This document shows, piece after piece, positions 18,435 to 28,782 of a stretch of 64,000 nucleotides of DNA. How positions within the stretch are numbered: the first letter of the stretch is position 1; every line of letters starts with the position of its first letter. The translations under genes were made by a program, and so were the position numbers. The notes below the pieces were generated by a model, which searched no databases, was not told the DNA's origin, and saw only the letters and a program-made list of their open reading frames with translations. Source of the DNA: an uncultured Verrucomicrobiae bacterium (GTDB lineage: Bacteria > Verrucomicrobiota > Verrucomicrobiia > Chthoniobacterales > JAFAMB01); the NCBI GenBank assembly GCA_963762565.1, contig CAVXLD010000010.1, positions 320,001-384,000 on the forward strand, read 5' to 3'.

Positions 18435-19823
18435 ATGCCAGCCATCGATCGCACTCCCCATCCCCGCGAAAGACGAATCGTCTTTAAAAACATCGATCGC
18501 GAGGGTTGGACCCCAGATATCGACTGTTACCTGAAGGATGGCGGCTATGAAGAGCTAAAAAAGGCTCTTACGATGCAGCCACAGGACATCGTCAGCGAGG
18601 TGAAAACATCCGGGGTTCGCGGACGTGGCGGCGCCGGGTTCCCCTGCGGAGCAAAATGGGGATTCATCCGGCCGGGCGAAACGAAACCGATTTATTTGAT
18701 TTGCAACGCCGATGAGTCTGAACCGGGTACCTTCAAAGACCGATACATTATCCACCAGGATCCCCACCAGCTGCTGGAAGGGATGATCATCTCTTGCTTC
18801 GCAGTGAATGCCCGACTGGCCTACATCTATATTAGAGGTGAGTTCCCGTTAGGCGCGAAGATCCTGGAGCAAGCGATTAAGGAAGCCAAGGAGCACAGCT
18901 TTCTGGGGAAGAACATCCTGGGGAGCGGATTTGATCTCGAGATTTACGTTCACCGCGGTGCAGGCGCTTACATTTGCGGTGAAGAAACTGGGTTGATCGA
19001 GTCGTTGGAAGGAAAACGGCCGTATCCCCGGATCAAACCGCCGTACTTCCCGGCCGCTCTCGGCTTGTACATGTCGCCGACAGTCGTGAATAACGTCGAG
19101 ACTTTATGCGACGTTAAGCACATCGTTAAGATGGGCGGCGCCGAATACGCAAAGATCGGTCGACCAAATAATACCGGCACCCGGTTGCTTTGCGTAAGCG
19201 GTGATGTCCAAAAGCCGGGCTATTACGAGTTCGAAACCGGTGGCCTCACTATGGGCGAGCTGATTTACGACATTTGCGGCGGACTTCGGCCTGGCCGCAA
19301 ACTGAAGGCGGTGATCCCAGGTGGCAGCTCGGCCAAAGTCTTACGGGCAGACGAACGTTACAAGATCAAGAACAAGCAACCGGACGGAACTACCGTCGAA
19401 GAAGAGATCGGGATCGACGACATTCGCATCGATTTTGACACCTTAGCGGCGGTCGGATCCATGGCGGGATCCGGAGGAGTCATTGTAATGGATGACACCC
19501 GCGACATGGTCTGGGCTCTGAACAACATCAATGAATTTTACGGCCATGAAAGTTGTGGCCAATGCACGCCCTGCCGGGAAGGATCTCTTTGGATGCAGAA
19601 GATTACCGCGCGTCTGCTTGATGGGGGCGGTGCGGAAGGCGATCCCGACACGTTGACGACGGTAGCGGACCATATCGCCGGGCGAACCATCTGCGCTTTT
19701 GGCGAAGCCTGCGCATGGCCTACGCAAAGTTTTGTCGCGAAATTCCGCGACGAGTTCGTGGCATATGCTTCTAAGAACGGAAAATCCGCCTCGAACAAAT
19801 CGGAGGATAAAAAGCAGGGCTAG
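18435..19823 (+). CDS. nuoF: NADH-quinone oxidoreductase subunit F
   Basis: GRGGAGFP, NADESEPGTFKD, GAGAYICGEET, ESCGQCTPCREG. Confidence 0.97.
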   Translation: MPAIDRTPHPRERRIVFKNIDREGWTPDIDCYLKDGGYEELKKALTMQPQDIVSEVKTSGVRGRGGAGFPCGAKWGFIRPGETKPIYLICNADESEPGTFKDRYIIHQDPHQLLEGMIISCFAVNARLAYIYIRGEFPLGAKILEQAIKEAKEHSFLGKNILGSGFDLEIYVHRGAGAYICGEETGLIESLEGKRPYPRIKPPYFPAALGLYMSPTVVNNVETLCDVKHIVKMGGAEYAKIGRPNNTGTRLLCVSGDVQKPGYYEFETGGLTMGELIYDICGGLRPGRKLKAVIPGGSSAKVLRADERYKIKNKQPDGTTVEEEIGIDDIRIDFDTLAAVGSMAGSGGVIVMDDTRDMVWALNNINEFYGHESCGQCTPCREGSLWMQKITARLLDGGGAEGDPDTLTTVADHIAGRTICAFGEACAWPTQSFVAKFRDEFVAYASKNGKSASNKSEDKKQG

Positions 19824-19829
19824 ACGGTT

Positions 19830-21500
19830 ATGAGTGAATCTTTGCCACTTCTCAACGTACAGATCGACGGCGTCTGGTACCAGTTCCCGAAGGGAACACG
19901 CGTTATCGAAGCTTGTACTCAAGCCGGGAAATTTGTTCCCCGATATTGTTACCATCCCAAACTGAGTTCTCCGGGTAACTGCCGGATGTGTCTGATTGAG
20001 ATGGGCATGCCCAGGATGGGTCCGGATCGCAAACCGGAGCTCGGGCCGGACGGTAAACCGATGATCAACTGGATGCCGCGGCCGCAAATTTCCTGCGCTC
20101 AAGATATCACTGAAGGCATGGGGGTAAGAACCGACTCGCCGCTCGTACAGGACTGCCGGCATGGGGTAATGGAGTTTCTTCTCATTAATCATCCGCTGGA
20201 TTGTCCGATCTGCGACCAAGCCGGCGAATGCGAGCTCCAAGAATTCAGCGTCCAGTATGGAACCGGAGGCTCCCGATTCCATGAAGAAAAAGTCAAGAAG
20301 CCCAAGCACGTAAACCTCGGCCCCAGAGTTACCTTAGATGACGAGCGTTGCATCCTTTGTTCCCGATGTATCCGCTTCATGAAAGAAGTGGCTCATGACG
20401 ATGTCCTGGGGTTCGCCAGCCGCGGGAGTCATTCTTATTTGACCGCTCACCCCGGACGCGTCCTGGACAGTAATTACTCGCTTAACACCGTCGACATCTG
20501 TCCAGTCGGTGCGCTCACCAGCACCGATTTCAGATTCAAGATGCGGGTATGGTTCCTTAAGGAGACTAAAAGCATCTGCACGAGCTGCGCTACCGGCTGC
20601 AACACACTCATCGGCAGCCGCCAAAACGCTATCTATCGCCAAACTCCGCGCGAGAACGACCACGTGAATTCGGCTTGGATGTGCGATTACGGCCGGCTGA
20701 ATATTCATTTTGTCAATTCGACCGAACGTCTGACCGAGCCCCAGATCCGGAACTTGTCCATGCTGGAAGCCGCCAGTTGGACTGCGGCACTGGCCAGGGC
20801 GACCGAAGATCTGAAGCGATTCCAGCCCACCGAGATTGCCGTTATCGCTTCCGGCAAGATGACCAACGAAGAACTTTGGTTCGCCAAGAAGCTGATCGAC
20901 TCGGTTAAGACGCCAAATTATGACATCGTGCCCCGAACCGGGCCGTCTGACGAGCTTCTGCTCAATGCCATCCGCAACCCCAATACCATTGGGGCCCAGC
21001 TCTTAGGTCTTTGCGAGAATGAACCCGGCGCTAAGCTTCAACAAATCGCCGACGGGGTCAGCCGGGGCCACATCAAAGCTGTCGTCACCTTGCAAGAGGA
21101 CCTGACCGCGGCCGGCTTCAAGGCAACGGACCTGGAAAAGCTAGGAGCGCTCATCGTGATGGATATTTTGCCGAATGAGACCACGAAACTCGCGACGACC
21201 CTTTTGCCGTCGGCTTCGTTCGCCGAAAAACGCGGATCGATGATCAACGTTAAGGGCCGGCTACAAAGGTTAAACCGAGCGATTCAATCACCCGGCAATG
21301 CCCGGGAAGATTGGGAAATATTACGGGACCTGATTCAACAATTGACGGGCGCAAACGGCGTTTACCAGATCGAGGACGTCTTCAAACAGATGGCCGAGAG
21401 CATGGCGCCATTGCAAGGGCTAAGCTTGAGCAAGATTGGTGACTTGGGAGTACAACTAGAAGGGTTGGGTTCACCTGCACCGGTAACAGCCTCGGCCTAA
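19830..21500 (+). CDS. nuoG: NADH-quinone oxidoreductase subunit G (short, 556 aa)
   Basis: CYHP...CRMC, HPLDCPICDQAGEC, CILCSRC, CTSCATGC...C (N7-type). Confidence 0.93.
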   Translation: MSESLPLLNVQIDGVWYQFPKGTRVIEACTQAGKFVPRYCYHPKLSSPGNCRMCLIEMGMPRMGPDRKPELGPDGKPMINWMPRPQISCAQDITEGMGVRTDSPLVQDCRHGVMEFLLINHPLDCPICDQAGECELQEFSVQYGTGGSRFHEEKVKKPKHVNLGPRVTLDDERCILCSRCIRFMKEVAHDDVLGFASRGSHSYLTAHPGRVLDSNYSLNTVDICPVGALTSTDFRFKMRVWFLKETKSICTSCATGCNTLIGSRQNAIYRQTPRENDHVNSAWMCDYGRLNIHFVNSTERLTEPQIRNLSMLEAASWTAALARATEDLKRFQPTEIAVIASGKMTNEELWFAKKLIDSVKTPNYDIVPRTGPSDELLLNAIRNPNTIGAQLLGLCENEPGAKLQQIADGVSRGHIKAVVTLQEDLTAAGFKATDLEKLGALIVMDILPNETTKLATTLLPSASFAEKRGSMINVKGRLQRLNRAIQSPGNAREDWEILRDLIQQLTGANGVYQIEDVFKQMAESMAPLQGLSLSKIGDLGVQLEGLGSPAPVTASA

Positions 21501-21504
21501 AATT

Positions 21505-22662
21505 ATGGCGGATATTCTTTTTGCGCTGCTGTTTGCTCTCATTAAGGCGGTGGGATTGGTCTTCTTGATCATCCTCCCCATGGTTTCGTATACGGTTTAT
21601 GCCGAACGCCGGGTCAGTGCGATGATCCAGGATCGGCTAGGCCCAAATCGGGTAGGTCACTTCGGACTAGCTCAACCAATTGCGGATGCGGTGAAGCTGT
21701 TGCTCAAGGAAGACTTCACACCCGCCAGCGTTAATAAGTTCTACTATTGGTTAGCGCCTGCCTGCGCCATGGCGCCGTCGCTAATGGCGCTCGCGGTAAT
21801 CCCTTTCGGCAGCAACTGGTTCGGTCAGCCGATGGTAGTGGCCAATGTGGATATCGGGGTTCTTTGGGTATTCGCGGTTTCTTCCCTCGGGGTCTACGGT
21901 ATCGTCTTGGCCGGCTGGTCGTCGAATTCTAAGTACCCATTCCTCGGTGGTATCCGGTCAAGTTCGCAGATGATCTCATACGAGCTGTCGCTCGGCCTGT
22001 CCGTTATCCCGATTTTCTTAATCTGCGGCACCTTGAACATGCCGGCGATAGTAAAGTACCAAATCGAGAACGGCTGGCTGATCTCACCCATCTGGCTCAA
22101 AGGCATCTCGTTCACTGGTATCGATTTCGGACTTCTAGCTAGCTCGATATTCAGCGTAAACGCTCTCTTCAAGCTCCTGCTTTGGGTTCCGCTGTTTGTC
22201 TCTTTCGTTGTATTCATGGTCTCGATGTTCGCCGAGACCAACCGTTTACCATTTGATTTGCCGGAGTCGGAAACGGAGTTAGTCGGTGGTTATCACACCG
22301 AATACTCCTCGATGAAGTTCGCTCTGTTCTTCCTCGGAGAATATGCGGCCATGATTACCGGTAGCGCCGTAATTGTGACCTTGTTTTTTGGCGCCTGGCA
22401 CATCCCGTTTCTACCGACTGATCCCCAGCAGCTTCCGCTGCTCTGGGGCTGGCCGATCTGGAGCATCCTTCTAGGTTTCCTCCACATCGTAGCCTTTTTC
22501 GTTAAAGTTGCGATATTGCTCTTCTTCTTCATTTGGGTCCGTTGGACCTTTCCTCGGTTTCGTTATGACCAGTTGATGCGGTTGGGCTGGTATTTCTTCT
22601 TCGAAATCGCGTTAGCAAACATCTTGTTGGTTGCACTAATCTTGGCGTTCGCGCCTAAATAA
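21505..22662 (+). CDS. nuoH: NADH-quinone oxidoreductase subunit H
   Basis: QDRLGPNRVG, QMISYE, ETNRLPFDLPESETELVGGYHTEYS, PRFRYDQLM. Confidence 0.97.
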   Translation: MADILFALLFALIKAVGLVFLIILPMVSYTVYAERRVSAMIQDRLGPNRVGHFGLAQPIADAVKLLLKEDFTPASVNKFYYWLAPACAMAPSLMALAVIPFGSNWFGQPMVVANVDIGVLWVFAVSSLGVYGIVLAGWSSNSKYPFLGGIRSSSQMISYELSLGLSVIPIFLICGTLNMPAIVKYQIENGWLISPIWLKGISFTGIDFGLLASSIFSVNALFKLLLWVPLFVSFVVFMVSMFAETNRLPFDLPESETELVGGYHTEYSSMKFALFFLGEYAAMITGSAVIVTLFFGAWHIPFLPTDPQQLPLLWGWPIWSILLGFLHIVAFFVKVAILLFFFIWVRWTFPRFRYDQLMRLGWYFFFEIALANILLVALILAFAPK

Positions 22663-22673
22663 ACGCGCTGCTT

Positions 22674-23204
22674 ATGGCTTACACTGTCGCCCGCCCGAAA
22701 TTATCCTTTGGTGAAAAGCTTTATCTGCCGGCCGTCATCGCCGGCTTGAAGATCACCATTGGTCACCTGATCAAAGTTCTCACCGGAAAGACCAAGGTTA
22801 CCATGCAGTATCCCGAAGAACGTTGGGATACCCATTTGCCGGAGCATTATAGAGGAGCTCCCACCTTGGTTACGGACGAACATGGACGCGAGCGTTGTGT
22901 GGCTTGCCAGCTGTGCGAATTCATTTGTCCGCCCCGGGCGATTACCATCAAGCCCGGCGAGATCCCGGAGGGCGATCGCTGGCGTAAGGTGGAGAAGTTT
23001 CCTAAAGAATTTGAGATCGACATGGTCCGCTGTATCTATTGCGGCCTTTGCGAGGAAGTCTGTCCGGAGCAAGCAATTTTCTTGCGGAAGGACTATGCCA
23101 TCACAGGGCTGAGCCGCGCCGAGATGGTTCACAAGAAAGACCGTCTCTACGAACTCGGCGGGGTCATGACCGGCTTAGTGTTTAAGTGGAACGAAAAAAA
23201 ATAA
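22674..23204 (+). CDS. nuoI: NADH-quinone oxidoreductase subunit I
   Basis: TMQYPEE, CVACQLCEFICP, CIYCGLCEEVCP. Confidence 0.96.
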   Translation: MAYTVARPKLSFGEKLYLPAVIAGLKITIGHLIKVLTGKTKVTMQYPEERWDTHLPEHYRGAPTLVTDEHGRERCVACQLCEFICPPRAITIKPGEIPEGDRWRKVEKFPKEFEIDMVRCIYCGLCEEVCPEQAIFLRKDYAITGLSRAEMVHKKDRLYELGGVMTGLVFKWNEKK

Positions 23205-23208
23205 ACCC

Positions 23209-23712
23209 ATGCCCGCCGCACTCTTTTGGACCTTCGTTCTGTTCATGCTGTTTTTCGGCGGCATGGTCGTGGTTAACCGAAGCCCCGTTGCCAGTGCCTT
23301 AAGTTTGGTCGTGTGCTTTCTTGGGCTAGCCGCTCTCTATATTTCGTTGGACGCATTTTTTCTCGGTGTCATCCAGATCCTGGTATACGCCGGCGCCGTC
23401 ATGGTGCTGTTCTTATTCATTATCATGCTACTCGACTTGAAAGCCGAGCAGCGGCGTCACTTCAATTTGATCGCGATGTTTGGCGGCGTCGTGGTGGTCG
23501 TTTTGTTTCTCAAGGTCCTGTGGGATGTGTGTTACGGATTTCATGGTGGTGATGCCGTATTCCCTGCCATCCAGAACACAGAGCACGGTGATACTTGGCA
23601 GGTCGGGATGGCGCTTTTCCAGCAATACAAGCTGCCGCTACAGATGATCGGCGCATTGGTGGTAGTCGCTTCCGTCGGCGCTGTTCTGCTCAGTAAGAGA
23701 GAATTGAAATAG
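23209..23712 (+). CDS. nuoJ: NADH-quinone oxidoreductase subunit J
   Basis: QILVYAGAVMVLFLFIIMLL; operon position. Confidence 0.95.
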   Translation: MPAALFWTFVLFMLFFGGMVVVNRSPVASALSLVVCFLGLAALYISLDAFFLGVIQILVYAGAVMVLFLFIIMLLDLKAEQRRHFNLIAMFGGVVVVVLFLKVLWDVCYGFHGGDAVFPAIQNTEHGDTWQVGMALFQQYKLPLQMIGALVVVASVGAVLLSKRELK

Positions 23713-23756
23713 ACCGCGAATAGACGCGAATGGACACGAATCTAAGAGAATGAAAT

Positions 23757-24074
23757 ATGGCCACCCTGAATGACTATCTGCTGGCTAGCGGTCTCCTGTT
23801 TACTGTCGGATTCGCTGGAGTCCTGTTAAGACGGAACATCATTATCATCTTTATGGCGTTGGAGTTGATGCTTAACGCCGCCAATTTGTCGTTAGTCGGT
23901 TTTTCGCGTTTCCATGTCCGGGCCGGGCTGCCGGATTATAACGCGCAGGTGTTAGTTTTCTTTATCATCACGGTGGCGGCGGCCGAGGTCGCGGTCGGCT
24001 TGGCAGTGATCGTTGCCCTTTACCGCGCCAAACAGACCACCCACATTGAGGACCTCAATTCGCTGAAATTCTGA
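23757..24074 (+). CDS. nuoK: NADH-quinone oxidoreductase subunit K
   Basis: [22 protein letters not shown]. Confidence 0.96.
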   Translation: MATLNDYLLASGLLFTVGFAGVLLRRNIIIIFMALELMLNAANLSLVGFSRFHVRAGLPDYNAQVLVFFIITVAAAEVAVGLAVIVALYRAKQTTHIEDLNSLKF

Positions 24075-24077
24075 CGA

Positions 24078-25868
24078 ATGAACTCGGCTCCCTGGATTAT
24101 TCTCTTTGCTCCCCTGGTCGCTGCGGCGGCGATTGCTATCGCGACTCAGCCTTTCAAGAAAGTGAGTTCGTACCTGTCGGTAGCGGCGGTCGCGGTCTCT
24201 TTTGTATTCAGTCTAGTGGTGTTTGCCAGCCCAAATCAGGACGCCAGCTTTAACTGGATCGATTTAGGGACCTTCCAAGTTCGGCTTGGCTACCTGATCG
24301 ACGACTTCAGCAGAATGATGCTGCTTGTCGTCTCGGGAGTTGGTCTGTTGATCCACGTTTATTCGATCGGCTACATGCACGACGACCGGGGACGCTCTCG
24401 TTATTTCGCCGGCCTGTCGCTCTTCATGTTCTCCATGCTCGGCATCGTCCTGGCCAACAACTTCATCATGATGTTCATCTTCTGGGAGCTGGTCGGGGTA
24501 AGCTCCTACATCTTGATTGGGCATTGGTTCGATCGTCCGTCCGCAGCAGATGCCGCTAACAAAGCTTTGATCGTCAATCGGATCGGTGACTTCGGTTTCA
24601 TGCTGGGCATTTTAATGGTGTGGTCCGCCTCGGGCACGGTGATGTTCGGTGAGCTGTCTTCAAAATGGACCACCCTTGGTTTAGGAACCGTTTATGCCAC
24701 GGCCGCCGCCCTCCTGATCTTTTGCGGCGCCGTAGGTAAGTCTGCCCAATTCCCGTTGCATGTCTGGCTGCCGGACGCGATGGAAGGCCCGACGCCCGTA
24801 TCCGCCTTGATTCACGCGGCGACCATGGTGGCTGCGGGTGTCTACATGTTGGCCCGGGTTTATTTCCTTTTTGCCGGTTCCGCTGCCGCTCTAAGCGTCG
24901 TTCTGTGGATCGGTGTACTGACCTCTCTGCTAGCGGCCTTGATGGCCACCCAACAGTCCGATATCAAACGGGTTTTAGCTTATTCAACGCTGTCTCAGTT
25001 GGGTTTGATGGTGTCTGCCATCGGTTTGGGTGTGCCGGTTTCAGCCCTTTTCCATCTGTTCACGCACGCCTTTTTCAAAGCCCTGCTCTTCCTCGGCGCC
25101 GGTTCGGTGATTCATTCACTGCACAACGAGCAAAACATGTGGCAGATGGGCGGGCTGCGGAAGAAGATGCCCCTCACGTTTTGGACATTTCTGATAGCAA
25201 CCTTAGCGCTGTCTGGATGTCCTCCCCTGGCCGGATTCTGGAGTAAAGATGGTATCGTGGCCGCAGCCTTCGAACACAACATGGCGGCAGGTCTCGTAAT
25301 CTCGGTGATCAATTTCTTCACCGCTTTTTACATGGCGCGGCTCTTCGTCGTGGCGTTCCTAGGTACAGCTCGTTCGGAAGCTGCTGATCATGCCCACGAG
25401 TCACCTCCGGTAATGGCGGTCCCGTTGGTTCTGCTGGCGATTCCCAGTCTTATTGCCGGCTTCCCACCAATCGAACATATTTTCTTCCCAGAGGCCGGAG
25501 GTGCAGAGCCATCGATCGGGGCAATTGCAGTCTCTTTAGCGGTGTTCGTAGCGGGCATAGCTGCCGGATTTGTTCTTTACCGGGGCAAGACCAGCGATCC
25601 GGTCAGCATTCCCCTATTCGCTCATCGGTTCTACATCGACGACTTCTACTCTGTCCTCGTCAAATGGACCCAAGACGCGCTGGCCGGAATCGCGGCTTTC
25701 GTCGATCGCTGGGTGATCGACGGAGGATTGGTGCGCGGTTTGGGAGGGACGACCTGGGGCTTCGGGTTCGCCCTGCGTTTTCTGCAAATTGGTAACCTCC
25801 AAGCCTACGCTTTTCTTTTCGGTTTCGGGGTGGTGCTTCTCCTCTACTTGATCCTTTTCGCCACATGA
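24078..25868 (+). CDS. nuoL: NADH-quinone oxidoreductase subunit L
   Basis: WELVGVSSY, NRIGD, KSAQFPLHVWLPDAMEGPTPVSALIHAATMV, THAFFKALLF. Confidence 0.96.
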   Translation: MNSAPWIILFAPLVAAAAIAIATQPFKKVSSYLSVAAVAVSFVFSLVVFASPNQDASFNWIDLGTFQVRLGYLIDDFSRMMLLVVSGVGLLIHVYSIGYMHDDRGRSRYFAGLSLFMFSMLGIVLANNFIMMFIFWELVGVSSYILIGHWFDRPSAADAANKALIVNRIGDFGFMLGILMVWSASGTVMFGELSSKWTTLGLGTVYATAAALLIFCGAVGKSAQFPLHVWLPDAMEGPTPVSALIHAATMVAAGVYMLARVYFLFAGSAAALSVVLWIGVLTSLLAALMATQQSDIKRVLAYSTLSQLGLMVSAIGLGVPVSALFHLFTHAFFKALLFLGAGSVIHSLHNEQNMWQMGGLRKKMPLTFWTFLIATLALSGCPPLAGFWSKDGIVAAAFEHNMAAGLVISVINFFTAFYMARLFVVAFLGTARSEAADHAHESPPVMAVPLVLLAIPSLIAGFPPIEHIFFPEAGGAEPSIGAIAVSLAVFVAGIAAGFVLYRGKTSDPVSIPLFAHRFYIDDFYSVLVKWTQDALAGIAAFVDRWVIDGGLVRGLGGTTWGFGFALRFLQIGNLQAYAFLFGFGVVLLLYLILFAT

Positions 25869-27343
25869 ACGTACTAGTCCATCTCACTTATCTGGGGCCG
25901 TTAGTTGCCGCCATCCTAATCCTATTTGGATTTGCACCGCGTAGGACGGCCATCACCGGCGCCGTTGTTGGGCTAATTTCTTCGCTGATTCTTTTCTTGG
26001 GTTATGATCACACCGCAGGGGGATACCAATTCGTTTCCGCGCTGCCCCTGGTCCCCGCCTGGGACCTGAAGTTCTACGTTGGTGTAGATGGACTGAATGC
26101 GACCATGCTGTTCCTCACATCCCTGGTCGCTCTGGCAGCTGCCTGGATGTCGCCTAGAGCAGAAGAGAATCTGCATCGATATATGGCCTGCGTGATGGCC
26201 ATTGCGGCTGGTGCAGCCGGTGCTTTTGCTTCTTTGGATCTCTTCTTCTTTTATGCGTTTCACGAGATGGCGTTGATCCCCACTTTTTTGATGATCGGGA
26301 TCTGGGGGACCGGAAACCGGCAAGCCGCCGCCTGGAAAATTACGATCTATCTGTCGATCGGAAGCATTATCCTCTTGGTTGGGTTGATCGGGGTTTATCT
26401 CATGGTTCCGGAGAAGGACCGAACCTTCGATATCGTCAAGCTCCAAGCCATGGCCGCTCACGGGGTATTCACCGGCCCGGACGCAAATTGGATCTTTTTG
26501 CTCCTGCTTTTCGGCTTCGGCACGCTGGTTTCTTTGTTCCCGTTTCATACCTGGGCTCCCCAGGCTTATGCAGCCGCTCCGGTGCCGGTAGCGATGCTTC
26601 ACGCAGGCGTATTAAAGAAATTCGGCCTGTACGGCCTGCTTCGGGTTGCTCTCCCGCTGATGCCGGAGGCCGCGCGTCATTGGTCCTGGCTGCTTCTGGC
26701 GCTGCTGGTTGGTAACATCTTGTTCGTCGGGCTTGCCACCATTTCCCAGAAACAGCTCGACCTGACCCTGGGCTACTCCAGCGTGATGCACATGGGTTAC
26801 ATTTTCTTGGGACTGGCTAGCTTCAATCTGATTGGGATCGATGGAGCCGCCCTCTTGATGCTCGCTCACGGTCTATCCATCGCTGCATTGTTCGCTATTT
26901 CCGGGGAACTGCGTAAGCAAACGGGAACGCTCGATTATCGCGATTTAGGAGGCCTCGCTAAGTCGATGCCTTTACTCAGTTTCTTATTTGGATTGGCTCT
27001 GTACGCCTCTATCGGTCTGCCCGGTTTTGCGAATTTTGCTTCTGAGCTCCTCGTCTTTTTCGGTGCATTCAAAACCGCAACCCCCGGCGCCCCCTTCAAT
27101 GGTTACGAGATTGCAACGGTTTGCGCTCTGTGGGGTCTGGTCATCTCGGCGGTCTACATGCTGCGCGCTTATCGCAGTATCTTTTTCGGCGAACGTCCCA
27201 GCCGGTGGGCCAACGTAAAGGATGTCACCTTGGGCTTGGGTTGGCCGATCTTATTGCTTCTCGCCGGTCTGCTCTTCTTCGGGTTCGCTCCACAAACCGT
27301 CCTGCAAAAGGTCGAACCAGGTATGGCCCTCTTTTGGAAATGA
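25865..27343 (+). CDS. nuoM: NADH-quinone oxidoreductase subunit M
   Basis: GVDG, FHEMALIP, PFHTWAP, LKKFGLYG, YSSVMHMG, GLPG. Confidence 0.95.
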   Translation: MNVLVHLTYLGPLVAAILILFGFAPRRTAITGAVVGLISSLILFLGYDHTAGGYQFVSALPLVPAWDLKFYVGVDGLNATMLFLTSLVALAAAWMSPRAEENLHRYMACVMAIAAGAAGAFASLDLFFFYAFHEMALIPTFLMIGIWGTGNRQAAAWKITIYLSIGSIILLVGLIGVYLMVPEKDRTFDIVKLQAMAAHGVFTGPDANWIFLLLLFGFGTLVSLFPFHTWAPQAYAAAPVPVAMLHAGVLKKFGLYGLLRVALPLMPEAARHWSWLLLALLVGNILFVGLATISQKQLDLTLGYSSVMHMGYIFLGLASFNLIGIDGAALLMLAHGLSIAALFAISGELRKQTGTLDYRDLGGLAKSMPLLSFLFGLALYASIGLPGFANFASELLVFFGAFKTATPGAPFNGYEIATVCALWGLVISAVYMLRAYRSIFFGERPSRWANVKDVTLGLGWPILLLLAGLLFFGFAPQTVLQKVEPGMALFWK

Positions 27344-27347
27344 CTTT

Positions 27348-28781
27348 ATGTCTCCGATACTCGTTGAACTGATTGTTTTGGCCTTAGGCCTCGGTTTGTT
27401 GTTAGCAGAGTCGTTCGCCGACCGTCTCAATCGCAACACCATCGCGATAATCGGTATCATCGGGCTCGCGTGCGTTTTTCTGCTGCTCCAGTTCGGAAGT
27501 TTTTCCGCCAGCGAAATTGCGGGTTATACCCAAGATAAGGCCGCTCTGTTCTTCAAAAAGTTCGCCTTGGTCACCACCATCATCGTGTTGATCATGTCGA
27601 TCGATTATTCGGATACCGTCAGAAAATTTGTTCATGGGATCTCTCCTCAAGCTGGCATCGGCGAATTCTATTCATTGCCGATTCTGACTTGCGCCGGCTT
27701 GATGTGGATGGCTTCAGCCACGGATTTTGTTCTTATCTTTATCTCCTTAGAGCTGGTCACCGTCTCTTTTTATACCCTGGTCGCGTTCACCCGGCGCAAC
27801 CCAGCTTCATTGGAAGCAGGTGCCAAATATTTGATCTTGGGCGCGCTATCTACCGGTTTCTTCGTATACGGTATTACTTGGATCTACGGGGTCACCGGGA
27901 ATACCAATTTGGCCGGCATCGCTAAAGTGCTGCCGTCAATTCCTGCTTCGGATCAATCCGGACTTTTATTCGGAGCGATGCTCGTGCTCGTCGGTCTCGG
28001 CTTCAAGGTAGCGGCGGCGCCTTTCCAGTTCTGGGTACCGGACGTGTATCAGGGAGCGCCCACGCCGATCACCGCTTTTTTGTCCGTCGGGTCGAAAGCG
28101 GCCGGATTTATCGTTTTGCTAAGAGTCCTCGAGGCCTTTCAAACTCTGCCGGCAGTCGAGTCCAAGCTAACTTTCGCCATTGTGTTGCTGGCAGCCGCAA
28201 CTTTGGTTTATGGAAATCTAGCCGCTCTACCGCAAACCAATTTCAAGCGGCTATTGGCCTACTCCAGTATTGGGCACGCTGGTTACTTGCTGATGGCGGT
28301 TGCCAGTCTCGGCGCTTTGGACGCCGGCTTGGCCGTCGTGGTTTACCTGGCAGCCTATCTACTGATGACCCTGCTCTCCTTCATCATCTTAATTATTGTG
28401 GCCAAAAATTCGGAGGGCGACGATATCACTCATTTCAATGGTCTGAGTAAGCGCTCGCCTTTCCTAGCCTTTAGCTTGCTCATCGCGATGGCCTCTCTGG
28501 CCGGCGTCCCGCTAACCGCCGGCTTCCTGGGTAAATTCCTTGTTTTCAAAGTGGCCTTCGAATCACAACAATTCCTACTCATCTTACTTGCCGTCATTAC
28601 CGTCGGTTGCGGGTTCTATTACTATCTGAAGGTGGTACGAGCGATGTATTGGCAAACAACCACCGGAGCGCCCACCGCCATTCCCGTAAGTCTGCTCTCC
28701 ACGATTACCATCGGAGCACTGGTGATCCTCATTTTTCTCTTCGGTATCTTCCCAGGGTTGGGAGCGGGACTGCTAAGCTGA
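27348..28781 (+). CDS. nuoN: NADH-quinone oxidoreductase subunit N
   Basis: EAGAKY, FKVAAAPFQFWVPDVYQGAP, KRLLAYSSIGHAGY; ATG 27348 lies 4 nt after the nuoM stop. Confidence 0.95.
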   Translation: MSPILVELIVLALGLGLLLAESFADRLNRNTIAIIGIIGLACVFLLLQFGSFSASEIAGYTQDKAALFFKKFALVTTIIVLIMSIDYSDTVRKFVHGISPQAGIGEFYSLPILTCAGLMWMASATDFVLIFISLELVTVSFYTLVAFTRRNPASLEAGAKYLILGALSTGFFVYGITWIYGVTGNTNLAGIAKVLPSIPASDQSGLLFGAMLVLVGLGFKVAAAPFQFWVPDVYQGAPTPITAFLSVGSKAAGFIVLLRVLEAFQTLPAVESKLTFAIVLLAAATLVYGNLAALPQTNFKRLLAYSSIGHAGYLLMAVASLGALDAGLAVVVYLAAYLLMTLLSFIILIIVAKNSEGDDITHFNGLSKRSPFLAFSLLIAMASLAGVPLTAGFLGKFLVFKVAFESQQFLLILLAVITVGCGFYYYLKVVRAMYWQTTTGAPTAIPVSLLSTITIGALVILIFLFGIFPGLGAGLLS

Positions 28782-28782
28782 C

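Noticed and set aside
19443..20309. Long antisense ORFs over nuoF/G, folD (5293-6210), metG (31736-32524) and others
   Set aside because: Shadow ORFs opposite well-conserved genes, with no recognisable motifs.
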